In this document: positions 1 to 7,748 of the stretch, in pieces
Layout: the number at the start of each line of letters is the position of its first letter
Numbering within the stretch: position 1 is the stretch's first letter
NCBI GenBank assembly: GCA_017608345.1
Contig: JAFCGA010000001.1
Coordinates: forward strand, 97,766-161,765
Length of the DNA: 64,000 nt
Direction: 5' to 3'
From: Candidatus Pacearchaeota archaeon
GTDB lineage: Archaea; Nanobdellota; Nanobdellia; UBA10117; JAFCGA01
The notes under the pieces: generated by a model
What the model was told of the DNA's origin: nothing
The model's database searches: none
Seen by the model: the letters and a program-made list of their open reading frames with translations, nothing else
Made by a program: the position numbers and the translations under genes

Positions 1-1
1 A

Positions 2-391
2 ATTGGTGACTTTAAGAGGAATTTACTAAACGGGGGCGGAGCTATCCTCGGTGTAATGGGTGCTAGCTTCTCAGAAGGGATTGACTTGCCCGGAGACTTA
101 TTGAAGGCTGTCGCAGTAGTCGGTATTCCTCTTGCACCGCCAGACTTAACTCAAAAAGCGCTAATAAACTATTATGAAACGAATTTTGGTAAGGGCTGGG
201 ATTATGGCTACATCTTTCCAGCTATGAACCGAGCTTTGCAAGCTGCTGGCAGATGCATTCGAAGTGAGAAAGATAAGGGCGTGATAGCTTTCTTCGATAA
301 AAGGTTTAGCTGGCCTAAGTATTCGAAGATCATACCGCCAGATTGGAATGCTAGAGTAGTTAGCGATTTTTCTAAGGTTGAGTATTTCTAA
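2..391 (+). CDS. XPD/Rad3 (DinG-like) SF2 helicase, C-terminal fragment; the 5' part lies upstream of the window
   Basis: The frame is open from base 2 (IGDFKRNLLNGGGAILGVMGASFSEGIDLPGD...). GxFSEGIDxPG and AAGRCIRSxxDKGVIxFxDxRF match the conserved C-terminal helicase motifs of XPD/Rad3 proteins. Confidence 0.75.
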   Translation: MGDFKRNLLNGGGAILGVMGASFSEGIDLPGDLLKAVAVVGIPLAPPDLTQKALINYYETNFGKGWDYGYIFPAMNRALQAAGRCIRSEKDKGVIAFFDKRFSWPKYSKIIPPDWNARVVSDFSKVEYF

Positions 392-410
392 GCATATCTG
401 CCAGATAGTA

Positions 411-424
411 AGCTTTTTAATATT
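411..424 (+). promoter_or_regulatory. BRE/TATA-like box (AGCTTTTTAATATT) upstream of ORF 443
   Basis: It matches the recurrent AAAGCTTTTTAA(A/T) motif seen 22-30 nt upstream of many start codons in this window. The ATG at 443 is ~22 nt downstream. Confidence 0.45.
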
Positions 425-442
425 ACTCCTAGATTCGAGTAT

Positions 443-757
443 ATGGAAATACTAATGATTGATACGGCGTGTAAATATTATTTGCCTGGTGACGTAGAAC
501 TAACTTTTAGGCTCAATGAAGACGGAACTCAATCATTGGATACATTCTCAATAGAGAATATAGTTATTGATTCAAAACAAGAAGGAGTATCTACAGAACA
601 AATTAAAGCAAGCCCGAGAGAACAATTAGCATTTATGTCTGGAGTAGATACTATAAGATTCAGAAAAGATTGGTTATATCGGAAAAGATTAGATGAAGCG
701 GATTCTGAGACAGGGCTCCGTGTTATTAAGTACTCATCTCATAGCTTAAGGCTGTGA
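443..757 (+). CDS. hypothetical protein (104 aa)
   Basis: An ORF with a consensus promoter box at the right distance; no recognisable motif. Confidence 0.4.
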   Translation: MEILMIDTACKYYLPGDVELTFRLNEDGTQSLDTFSIENIVIDSKQEGVSTEQIKASPREQLAFMSGVDTIRFRKDWLYRKRLDEADSETGLRVIKYSSHSLRL

Positions 758-792
758 TTCTTCTACGCTAAACAATTTTTTTTAAATTATTT

Positions 793-1533
793 GTGTATTA
801 TTCTATTACTTCGGAGATTATATTGACAAAAAAAGCTGCGGAAGAGAATATAGGTATTGGTGCGTATTCAATAACCGATAGAGCAGCATCCAGTAAGGGC
901 AGATTTAGCATAAAAGCAGGACCCTACGTCTTGCGATTTGCAGCTTGGGACTCTATTAAAATCATACACGAGAATCCAATTTCTGACTTAAGAACGATGG
1001 TGGAGACTCGAGCTTTTTGGAGAGAAAATTATATTCCTCCAGATTGGGAAGCTGGGATGGATCCTCTCACGCTTGAAATAAATTATATGCAGTTTCAGCT
1101 TAATAATACCAAGCATATATTTCAAGTTCGGAATAGAATATATGAAAACGAACTTAGGGAAGCCGGTTATGTTTTCGGGACAATAGAGAAAAATAAAACA
1201 TACATTGCTCGCGGCAGATTACCTACCTCTAAACTGGATAATCAAGTACTATTCGTTAATTTAGATGGAATCAGCAGCGCTAGCTGTGAAAATGGGGGCA
1301 CTCTAATCAAACTTCTAACTAACGATAAGAAAGAGGTCCTTGCTCTTAATTCAAATAGTATGGAAGATGCTATCGCTGTTTTTCAAGAAGCAGCAGCTAT
1401 CGTTGCATATGACCATTGTATCGAAACTTGGGGGAGGATAAATCAAGTTTATAATGATATAAAAAACATATGCAGAACTGATGAGCAAGCTATTGAGCTA
1501 ATTACAATGTATCGCGAATCTAGAACAAAATAA
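793..1533 (+). CDS. hypothetical protein (246 aa from the GTG; an alternative in-frame TTG start lies at 823)
   Basis: A long ORF. Its 5' ~30 nt fall inside a segment homologous to the upstream region of the next gene, so the true start is uncertain. Confidence 0.5.
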   Translation: MYYSITSEIILTKKAAEENIGIGAYSITDRAASSKGRFSIKAGPYVLRFAAWDSIKIIHENPISDLRTMVETRAFWRENYIPPDWEAGMDPLTLEINYMQFQLNNTKHIFQVRNRIYENELREAGYVFGTIEKNKTYIARGRLPTSKLDNQVLFVNLDGISSASCENGGTLIKLLTNDKKEVLALNSNSMEDAIAVFQEAAAIVAYDHCIETWGRINQVYNDIKNICRTDEQAIELITMYRESRTK

Positions 1534-1626
1534 ATTCCTCTACGCACTACTTCGCTAAACAATTCTTTTTATACGAGTAGTTACAACTCTCATCACTTCG
1601 GAGGACTACATAAGCAAAGATTTACA

Positions 1627-2595
1627 ATGACAGAAAACACACCTGAACCGCCAGCGTTAGGAGACTTATTTAAGAAAGGTGCTGGGAAGGTCAAGGAAAG
1701 ATTCATGCTATTAAGACCGCTCTCTAAGAAAGAGCAGTGGAGCGTTGACTCACTTAAGGAGTATATTTCTGAAGATAGTGCTAAAAAAGCGCTAGCGGCA
1801 GTCAAACAAAATAAGGCTGAGCTCAAATATATCAAGAAAGGTTTTTCATTTCTAATCGCTAATAAAGATTTAATACCTCAGCTAGATTCCGGAGAATTTG
1901 AAGATCTAAACAAGCAGATCGAGAAGGAATTCTATGCTACTAGCTTCAAAAACTTCGCGGAGCGGGCTTGGGGTGCCCTTCCGCAATACATCGGACCAAA
2001 TACATTAGGGCAGACCGAGATAAAGCAAGCGATTACTTTGCAGCTTTTCTCGCCTGAGCCAATTAAACTGCTGATACTGGGCAAGATAAACGCTGAGATG
2101 CTGACTTTTGCTAGGAAATTAGCGCCACCGGAGTTTCAGATCATTACGAACTTCTCACCAGAGAAGGAGCTAGATTTTGAGAAACCAATAATCACTAAAA
2201 CAGATAGGCAGACAAAACACTCAGACAAATTCGACCTGTTGTTCTTTACGAAAACCGCAGTGCTAAAAGACTTCGAAGATATTGCTGAGAAGATCATTAC
2301 TGGTAGCAAGGCCAAAGTCAAAGATGCGGATCTAGAATTCTTAAAAGAGTATATTGAGCAGGCTCGAGAGATCGAGGTGGAAATACCTGCGCACTTAGTT
2401 GAGCAATTAAAGAAGTTCATAGTTAAGCTAAAAAAAGAAGAATCAGAACTCAACTATTCTGTAACAACTGACTTCGTAGCTGTGGTGGTTAGCTTATGCA
2501 AAGCTGCTGCTCGGATGGAAATGCGGTCTCAGATAGATTCTAAGGACTTGGTAAGAGTTTTTGATATTGTTGAGAAATCGATTAGGGCAGAGTAA
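1627..2595 (+). CDS. MCM-derived protein lacking the ATPase core (degenerate Walker A; no Walker B or arginine finger recognisable)
   Basis: These blocks align with MCM: IGPNTLGQTEIKQAITLQLF (MCM IxGxxxxKxAxxLxLFGG), KLLILGKINAEMLTFARKLAPP (MCM hhLhGDPGTAKSxhLxxhxxhAPR with GDPGTAKS lost), KFDLLFF (SRFDLIF), LKEYIEQAR, and SVTTDFVAVVVSLCKAAARMEMRSQIDSKDLVRVFDIV (the lid helix ITxRQLEALIRLSEAxAKMxL...). Confidence 0.55.
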   Translation: MTENTPEPPALGDLFKKGAGKVKERFMLLRPLSKKEQWSVDSLKEYISEDSAKKALAAVKQNKAELKYIKKGFSFLIANKDLIPQLDSGEFEDLNKQIEKEFYATSFKNFAERAWGALPQYIGPNTLGQTEIKQAITLQLFSPEPIKLLILGKINAEMLTFARKLAPPEFQIITNFSPEKELDFEKPIITKTDRQTKHSDKFDLLFFTKTAVLKDFEDIAEKIITGSKAKVKDADLEFLKEYIEQAREIEVEIPAHLVEQLKKFIVKLKKEESELNYSVTTDFVAVVVSLCKAAARMEMRSQIDSKDLVRVFDIVEKSIRAE

Positions 2596-2647
2596 GCTTT
2601 ACAGAAACTTTAAATGCTTTTCCAACGATTCTACTTCAGTGATATTT

Positions 2648-3022
2648 ATGGGTATAGAAGATAATATGGTTGGAGGGATTATTATTGCAGGTAATCCTCC
2701 GAATAGCGATAGTTATACAATTATAGCTAAAGTAAGAAAAGGGTACTGGGCAGATAGTCAAAAAAGAATGCTGGGTATGGATCCAATTAAACGGATAAGC
2801 GTACTCATAGATATTATGAATTATTCAGATAGAGTTCTTTTTCCTGAGAGAAATCTATTAACTACACCAGAAATAAAGCATACTTTTAATTCTGCGAATA
2901 TACGCTACGAGGACATCAAAGATAAGTATGGGGAGAGCACCGTTATTGTCAATAAGAGCTTAGTAGGTTTGATACTCCCGCTTTCTCGAGGGGAATCTCA
3001 ACAATCAGATCGAGACCAATAG
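2648..3022 (+). CDS. hypothetical protein (124 aa from the ATG at 2648)
   Basis: The ORF 2561-3022 overlaps the end of the upstream gene. The first ATG at 2648 lies ~35 nt downstream of AAACTTTAAATGC. Confidence 0.4.
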   Translation: MGIEDNMVGGIIIAGNPPNSDSYTIIAKVRKGYWADSQKRMLGMDPIKRISVLIDIMNYSDRVLFPERNLLTTPEIKHTFNSANIRYEDIKDKYGESTVIVNKSLVGLILPLSRGESQQSDRDQ

Positions 3023-3030
3023 AATATTTT

Positions 3031-3162
3031 CTAATTGACTATCGCCCGAGCAATCGGTTTTATCTGCGCTACTACAAATCCAATTAGCTCTTTAGTCTGC
3101 GGTGTGAAATAATAAAGACCAAGGATTACAATGAATAGAATTATTATTATGAACCATTTCAT
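3031..3162 (-). CDS. possible small membrane protein (43 aa, MKWFIIIILFIVILGLYYFTPQTKELIGFVVAQIKPIARAIVN)
   Basis: An unlisted short ORF read by hand, with one strongly hydrophobic helix. Support is only ORF integrity. Confidence 0.2.
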   Translation of the reverse strand: MKWFIIIILFIVILGLYYFTPQTKELIGFVVAQIKPIARAIVN

Positions 3163-3200
3163 ACTGGACAAATAGATAACTAAGATATAAAAAGGTTCTT

Positions 3201-3255
3201 AACCAGAAATTAAAAATTTCTGGAGTAAAACTTACTTACGTAAGTTTTATAAATC
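3201..3255 (+). promoter_or_regulatory. copy 1 of a ~55-bp promoter/hairpin module (CCAGAAAT-N5-ATTTCTGG, AAAACTTAC-TTAC-GTAAGTTTT, TTTATAAATC) upstream of hicB
   Basis: It is a direct repeat of 3758-3812. The TATA-like TTTATAAA ends ~22 nt before the hicB ATG at 3276. Confidence 0.6.
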
Positions 3256-3275
3256 TCTAAAACGCTTAGAATAAT

Positions 3276-3545
3276 ATGGCAAAGGCAAGATTTTCTAAGA
3301 ACGGAATTACATTTAACGCTGATGTATATCCCGATGAGGACGGCTTTTTTGTAGCTCGTTGTGTCCAGCTAGATATAGCTAGCCAAGGAAAAACAGTAGA
3401 CGAAGCTATTGAAAACCTAAAAGAAGCTACTGAACTATATTTAGATGCTTATCCGGAAAAAGCTGCGTTAGGAAATCGTTTCTTTGTAAGCGCTACATTT
3501 GAGGTTCTCCAGAATGCCAAAATTACCCCTCCTGTCAGGGCATAA
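3276..3545 (+). CDS. hicB: HicB-family antitoxin (UPF0150-like)
   Basis: FNADVYPDEDGFFVARCVQLDIASQGKTVDEAIENLKEATELYLD fits the HicB N-terminal fold signature. It overlaps the downstream hicA. Confidence 0.7.
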   Translation: MAKARFSKNGITFNADVYPDEDGFFVARCVQLDIASQGKTVDEAIENLKEATELYLDAYPEKAALGNRFFVSATFEVLQNAKITPPVRA

Positions 3546-3747
3546 ACTAGTAAAACTGCTCGTTAACACTGCTGGATTCAAGATAATTAGACATAAGAAA
3601 GGTAGCCATACGATTCTTGAGAAGCGCGAGGAGGGTAAAGTAATAAGTACGGTTGTGCCCTTGCATCCCACTCTCGGACGCGGTATTCTACGAGAGATAA
3701 TTAAACAATGCAAGATGACTCGAGAAGAGTTCTTCGAACTAATTTAA
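3514..3747 (+). CDS. hicA: HicA-family mRNA interferase toxin
   Basis: MPKLPLLSGHKLVKLL..GFKIIRHKKGSHTILEK...VVPLHPTLGRGILREIIKQCKMTREEFFELI carries the YcfA/HicA hallmarks (GSH, VPxH, G..r.Ilkq). The ATG at 3514 overlaps hicB by 32 nt. Confidence 0.75.
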   Translation: MPKLPLLSGHKLVKLLVNTAGFKIIRHKKGSHTILEKREEGKVISTVVPLHPTLGRGILREIIKQCKMTREEFFELI

Positions 3748-3757
3748 TAACTTTTAT

Positions 3758-3812
3758 AACCAGAAATCAAAGATTTCCGGAATAAAATTCGCTGTCGCAA
3801 GTTTTATAAATC
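3758..3812 (+). promoter_or_regulatory. copy 2 of the ~55-bp promoter/hairpin module, upstream of the SRP RNA
   Basis: AACCAGAAATCAAAGATTTCCGGAATAAAATTCGCTGTCGCAAGTTTTATAAATC aligns to 3201-3255. The TATA ends ~20 nt before the GGGCTAGG RNA start. Confidence 0.6.
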
Positions 3813-3831
3813 AAAATTCTATTGTTTCTAT

Positions 3832-4080
3832 GGGCTAGGCTGGCCGGTGCAGGTGCGCGGCTGTTACCTGAAATCGTCTTTACAGGGGCCGAAAAGCTGG
3901 GGGCGGCATTGCTATTATTTGCTGTCCTGATTGTTAGCGTCGAAGCATCGCCTTCAGGGGTGTTATGTTCATATGAATCTGGTCAGACCTTGACGGGAGC
4001 AGCCATAGTGTGCTCATGGTGTGCTCTGGAGATACGGTGTGGAGCTGGCTTTTGGGGTTAGCAGTAAGTGATGGTTTTTT
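3832..4080 (+). ncRNA. signal recognition particle RNA (archaeal 7S/SRP RNA), ends approximate
   Basis: A GC-rich island in an AT-rich genome with its own TATA box at about -25 and a terminal T6 run. It contains UGGUCAGACCUUGACGGGAGCAGCCAUAG, which matches the universally conserved helix-8 core (compare E. coli 4.5S AGGUCAGGUCCGGAAGGAAGCAGCCAAGG). The 5' GGGCUAGGCUGGCC can pair with the 3' GCUGGCUUUUGGGGUUAGC. Confidence 0.65.
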
Positions 4081-4101
4081 CAACCTCAGTGACGCCCACT
4101 T

Positions 4102-4527
4102 TTAATTAAGTTGTCCCAACATTCTCAGAATTATAAACGCGAAGATAATAATAACCGCAATCTTAAGTAAGTCTATCGGATTGATATTTCCCTTTTTTGG
4201 CTTAAGATTATCTCTTAATAATCTCATATTATCCTTAAAGAATTCTTTTATTATATTTAACCTTTCCTTTATTGCTACAATATCCTTTTCTATAGAAATT
4301 AGACGGTTGTTATAGCTCAATTGGCGTTCAATTTCATCAATTTTCTTTAATTTCGAGATTATCCAATCAAAAGAAAGAATTATGAGAACAATGATTACTA
4401 TTGCAGCGATAGCTCCATAAAGCTGGTACTCTGTAATCACTTTGGAAGTATATATTAATAAACTAGTGACTAGGCTAATTATACCAAATAGGATAGTTAA
4501 TGCTTTAGAAGACCATTCTTGTTTCAT
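4102..4527 (-). CDS. hypothetical membrane protein with a coiled-coil middle (141 aa)
   Basis: The ORF has hydrophobic segments at both ends (ALTILFGIISLVTSLLIY, AIAAIVIIVLIILSF, IAVIIIFAFIILRML). Confidence 0.5.
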   Translation of the reverse strand: MKQEWSSKALTILFGIISLVTSLLIYTSKVITEYQLYGAIAAIVIIVLIILSFDWIISKLKKIDEIERQLSYNNRLISIEKDIVAIKERLNIIKEFFKDNMRLLRDNLKPKKGNINPIDLLKIAVIIIFAFIILRMLGQLN

Positions 4528-4682
4528 GTAGTTCAGCAGATACTCCTGTTCTTAAATGATTTTGTATCTTGTAGTCTAATCTATATTAATGCGCAATATA
4601 TATATAAATTATTGGTTAATTTAATAATAAAGGGTTAATAAACATAAGTCTTTTATGTGTTTAGTTTACTATATTAATTATT

Positions 4683-5591
4683 ATGAAAAATATCCTAGCT
4701 ATTAGTATTATTATAACACTCTTTGCGAGTATTCTTCTAGCTAGTGGCTGTGTCGAGCAAGATGTTACTTGTAACAAACCATACATTTTAGTTGGAAAAG
4801 ATTGTTGTTTGGATGCGAATGATAATTCTATTTGTGATACAGATGAGACGGTTAAGCAAGAAGAACCGAAAGCTCCAGAAGTAGCTGATACGCCTATCGA
4901 GCCTGAGCGAGTAGAAGAGCCAGTCATAACTGGCGAAGCGGTTAATGTGCCCGAAGAAGAACCAGAAGAGCAAGAGCGCGTGAACGTTATTTGTGGAGAC
5001 GATGACTGTGATGATAGTGAAATCGGAAGATGTTTCCCAGACTGTCCTGCAAATATTTATGGTGGAGATGACCCTTATGCTGATTACGAAGCTCCTTCTT
5101 GCGGTGACGGAGAGTGTAGCGGTTTTGAAGCAACTACTCAAACATGCCCAGAGGATTGTGATAGCACTCCCGATGTAGAAGAAGGGTGCCATATAGCGCA
5201 TAGCAGTTCTTCCCAGCCAGACTTTGAAGTCTGGTTTGAAGAGGATGGTGCTAGAGTAACAAGCTATACTGACAAAATAGCCGGAGTTGATTACACGAAT
5301 TTTGATTTGATGGTTGAGACGTTAACTGCATCAAGCTTAATTTGTGACGTAACTGAGTATTATAATGATGAAATAAATGAAGAATTTGAATTGCAAACTT
5401 TCGTTGATACATCTCTTGGAATAAACCCCATGAATATTATAATTGAACCTAAAGCTACGGAAGGAACATTACAAGTAAAATACCGATTAACTTGCTATAA
5501 TTTTGTGGAATATTCCTATAAAGATACTTGCGATACTATTGAATCTCGTACTAAGACGGCTACGATTCCATTATACTTTATTGAATCTTAG
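4683..5591 (+). CDS. secreted or lipobox-like Cys-rich acidic protein (302 aa)
   Basis: An N-terminal signal ends in LLASGC, followed by the CNKPYILVGKDCCLDANDNSICDTDE motif, an acidic linker and a further Cys-rich region. Confidence 0.6.
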   Translation: MKNILAISIIITLFASILLASGCVEQDVTCNKPYILVGKDCCLDANDNSICDTDETVKQEEPKAPEVADTPIEPERVEEPVITGEAVNVPEEEPEEQERVNVICGDDDCDDSEIGRCFPDCPANIYGGDDPYADYEAPSCGDGECSGFEATTQTCPEDCDSTPDVEEGCHIAHSSSSQPDFEVWFEEDGARVTSYTDKIAGVDYTNFDLMVETLTASSLICDVTEYYNDEINEEFELQTFVDTSLGINPMNIIIEPKATEGTLQVKYRLTCYNFVEYSYKDTCDTIESRTKTATIPLYFIES

Positions 5592-5609
5592 TGAAGCCCA
5601 CTAATATTC

Positions 5610-6113
5610 TTAGAAGTTGCTTATAAAGTCCTCTGAAGCTTTCTTAGCAGTCTCAATCTCTGCGTATAATCTCCTAAAACGTTCTGCATTAGAATGTGGA
5701 ACTGCGAAGTACTCGATTGGAGAATGAATAAGTGGCTCGAGATTTCTTAATAAACCTACTCTCTCTGAAAATCCTTCAATACTCTTAATACGACCAAAAG
5801 TATAGCTGCTATTCGAATTTTGGTAGAGATCGGCCCGTATAAATGCTTTATCTTCAGCTGGATGAGCTATTCCTTTCATCTTAACCGAGCGGCCTTGGAG
5901 AAGATCGGTGAGTTTTCCTTCTTCGAGTATGCCAATAAACGTCTGGCGATCCGGTACGGGAGTATCACCATACTTGAACTGGAGAGTCTTCTGGTCGGGA
6001 TCCATCTTCGGGTCATTATTTGTGATTATATATTCCTGACCCTCCAGTTTTACAATATATATAATGCGATCTGTCCGAGCTCTAAAATCTACGATCTCTA
6101 TTTCAGGTGCCAT
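5610..6113 (-). CDS. hypothetical protein (167 aa)
   Basis: Last gene of a tightly packed four-gene minus-strand string (7584 down to 5610). Confidence 0.5.
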   Translation of the reverse strand: MAPEIEIVDFRARTDRIIYIVKLEGQEYIITNNDPKMDPDQKTLQFKYGDTPVPDRQTFIGILEEGKLTDLLQGRSVKMKGIAHPAEDKAFIRADLYQNSNSSYTFGRIKSIEGFSERVGLLRNLEPLIHSPIEYFAVPHSNAERFRRLYAEIETAKKASEDFISNF

Positions 6114-6118
6114 ATGAT

Positions 6119-6727
6119 CTAATCTCCGACCTGCTCTCCCAGTAGAAGTTCTAGACCATCTGCCGCTTTCTGGATCTCAATAATCTGATTATCCTTGTAG
6201 TTAACCACTCCCCTGAGTTCTTGCTTTAATTCGCCATGACTAGACTGCAGGATTGATCCGCTATAAACTGGCAAGGAGGTATTAATACTTAATTTAGGTA
6301 TCTTTCTTGTTGAGATGGATAATAATAATGTCTCTTCAGGATTAAGCCCTAGCTCATGCATCACACTAAGGTAAGTTATTTTCTTGTTAATTGCAGCTTC
6401 AGGAAGCGGCTTATTAGTTAGCATATATATGTGTATGTCATCATGCGGCTTGAATACATAGACATTGCCCCATTCTGTTACTGGCTCGGATGGCAGCTCA
6501 GAGATCGCTCCGGATTCCCACTGCTTAATTAGCCTTCTGTCGACTTCAGTCTGAACATCATCAGGTAAAGCATCATAATTATCTAGCATGCCTTCTCCCC
6601 AGCGTTCATCAAAGAGCTCCGAATTAATCTCTTTTCTCTCTGTTACACTTATTTTAGTTCTAGTCGTAGTCGTGACAGTGTACCAACCATCCTGTCGAGT
6701 TTCCGTTTTAACATCTGCATCGCTCAT
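6119..6727 (-). CDS. hypothetical protein (202 aa)
   Basis: A long ORF 5 nt upstream of the next gene in the same string. Confidence 0.5.
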   Translation of the reverse strand: MSDADVKTETRQDGWYTVTTTTRTKISVTERKEINSELFDERWGEGMLDNYDALPDDVQTEVDRRLIKQWESGAISELPSEPVTEWGNVYVFKPHDDIHIYMLTNKPLPEAAINKKITYLSVMHELGLNPEETLLLSISTRKIPKLSINTSLPVYSGSILQSSHGELKQELRGVVNYKDNQIIEIQKAADGLELLLGEQVGD

Positions 6728-6791
6728 TTTAGATCAGCTAAGTTTCAGAGATAATTTCTTTTAAATATTTATACGCTGGAAGAAATAGTAC

Positions 6792-7115
6792 TTAATCTAA
6801 TTTAGACATCAAAGTAGCACAAGAAACACATTCTATTGGATCGCTCTCTGGATCAGCAGGTCTAGCTCGCCAACCATATTTTGCAAAAACTTCTCCGATC
6901 TTTTTTGGAGCTTTTTTATCGGGCAAATAGCAGACTTCGCATAGATCGCTGCGAACTAATACAGAATACTTGCGTAGTCCTTTCTTGAAAGTCATTATAT
7001 GATCTGGATGTAATCCTGTCTCTGGGTCTATAGAAGTAGCCCGCATAGATCCTAATCTATAGCCCTTGCTCTTTAAGTCGTGCATAATTTGTTTTAGATC
7101 TTCTCGTTCACTCAT
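6792..7115 (-). CDS. hypothetical protein (107 aa from the ATG at 7115)
   Basis: The start MSEREDLK overlaps the upstream gene end (7108) by 8 nt. The sequence contains CEVC...CVSC cysteine pairs. Confidence 0.5.
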   Translation of the reverse strand: MSEREDLKQIMHDLKSKGYRLGSMRATSIDPETGLHPDHIMTFKKGLRKYSVLVRSDLCEVCYLPDKKAPKKIGEVFAKYGWRARPADPESDPIECVSCATLMSKLD

Positions 7116-7584
7116 TGTCTCGCACCAGCAAGTCAGCCGGAATATCCTCATACAATAAATAATTATTCAGCGATCGAAAGTCGTATAACGCTTTGCACGC
7201 TTCCTTCAGTAGAATATAACTGCTGTGCGGTATCCTTGAAGTAAATTGATCAAATCTCGGATCATCCTCTATCCGCTCGAATTCCATGAGATTAAAGTAA
7301 ATCTCTTCAACCGGGACGCGGTGAGATCTAACATCTCTTAACACGTATTCATTAACATCTTGGTGATACATCTGAGCAGATGCTGGTCGCATTGACCTGC
7401 TCGAAGCAATTAACCCATAAACTTGCTTAGACTCGCCAGTACCAATATACTCCAGTTGTTCAAGCGTCGAGCTAAGGAAAACACCTTCCCACTTCTCGTT
7501 ACGCGCAGTAAGTAAAAAGCAAGTGGTTATATCATTCGTTTTAGTTATATGAAAGTTATGTGCCTGAGAAACAAACTCGATCAT
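7108..7584 (-). CDS. hypothetical protein (158 aa)
   Basis: First ORF of the four-gene string, with an AT-rich TATA region (TATATATAAATATT) upstream. Confidence 0.5.
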   Translation of the reverse strand: MIEFVSQAHNFHITKTNDITTCFLLTARNEKWEGVFLSSTLEQLEYIGTGESKQVYGLIASSRSMRPASAQMYHQDVNEYVLRDVRSHRVPVEEIYFNLMEFERIEDDPRFDQFTSRIPHSSYILLKEACKALYDFRSLNNYLLYEDIPADLLVRDNE

Positions 7585-7675
7585 TCAGTTTTCTTATCTC
7601 TTGTATATATAAATATTATTATTTTTCAGGAGCTAAAACTCCACAGCTTGCAGTGGTTTCTCGGAAAAATAATTA

Positions 7676-7700
7676 CAGAAATTAGTCTCAGGAATTTCTG
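7676..7700. promoter_or_regulatory. inverted repeat CAGAAATT-N9-AATTTCTG, related to the hairpins at 3203-3223 and 3760-3780
   Basis: Perfect 8-bp arms between two minus-strand genes. It uses the same half-site as the hicB/SRP promoter modules. Confidence 0.35.
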
Positions 7701-7748
7701 TTTATTATCTTTGTAACAACCGAATATAATCTATCACTTTAAGAGCTA

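Noticed and set aside
3822-4061. A 79-aa ORF (MFLWARLAGAGARLL...) in the ORF track
   Set aside because: It coincides with the GC-rich SRP RNA, which has a conserved helix-8 motif, its own TATA box and a T-run. Its composition is Ala/Gly/Cys-rich, unlike any real protein here.
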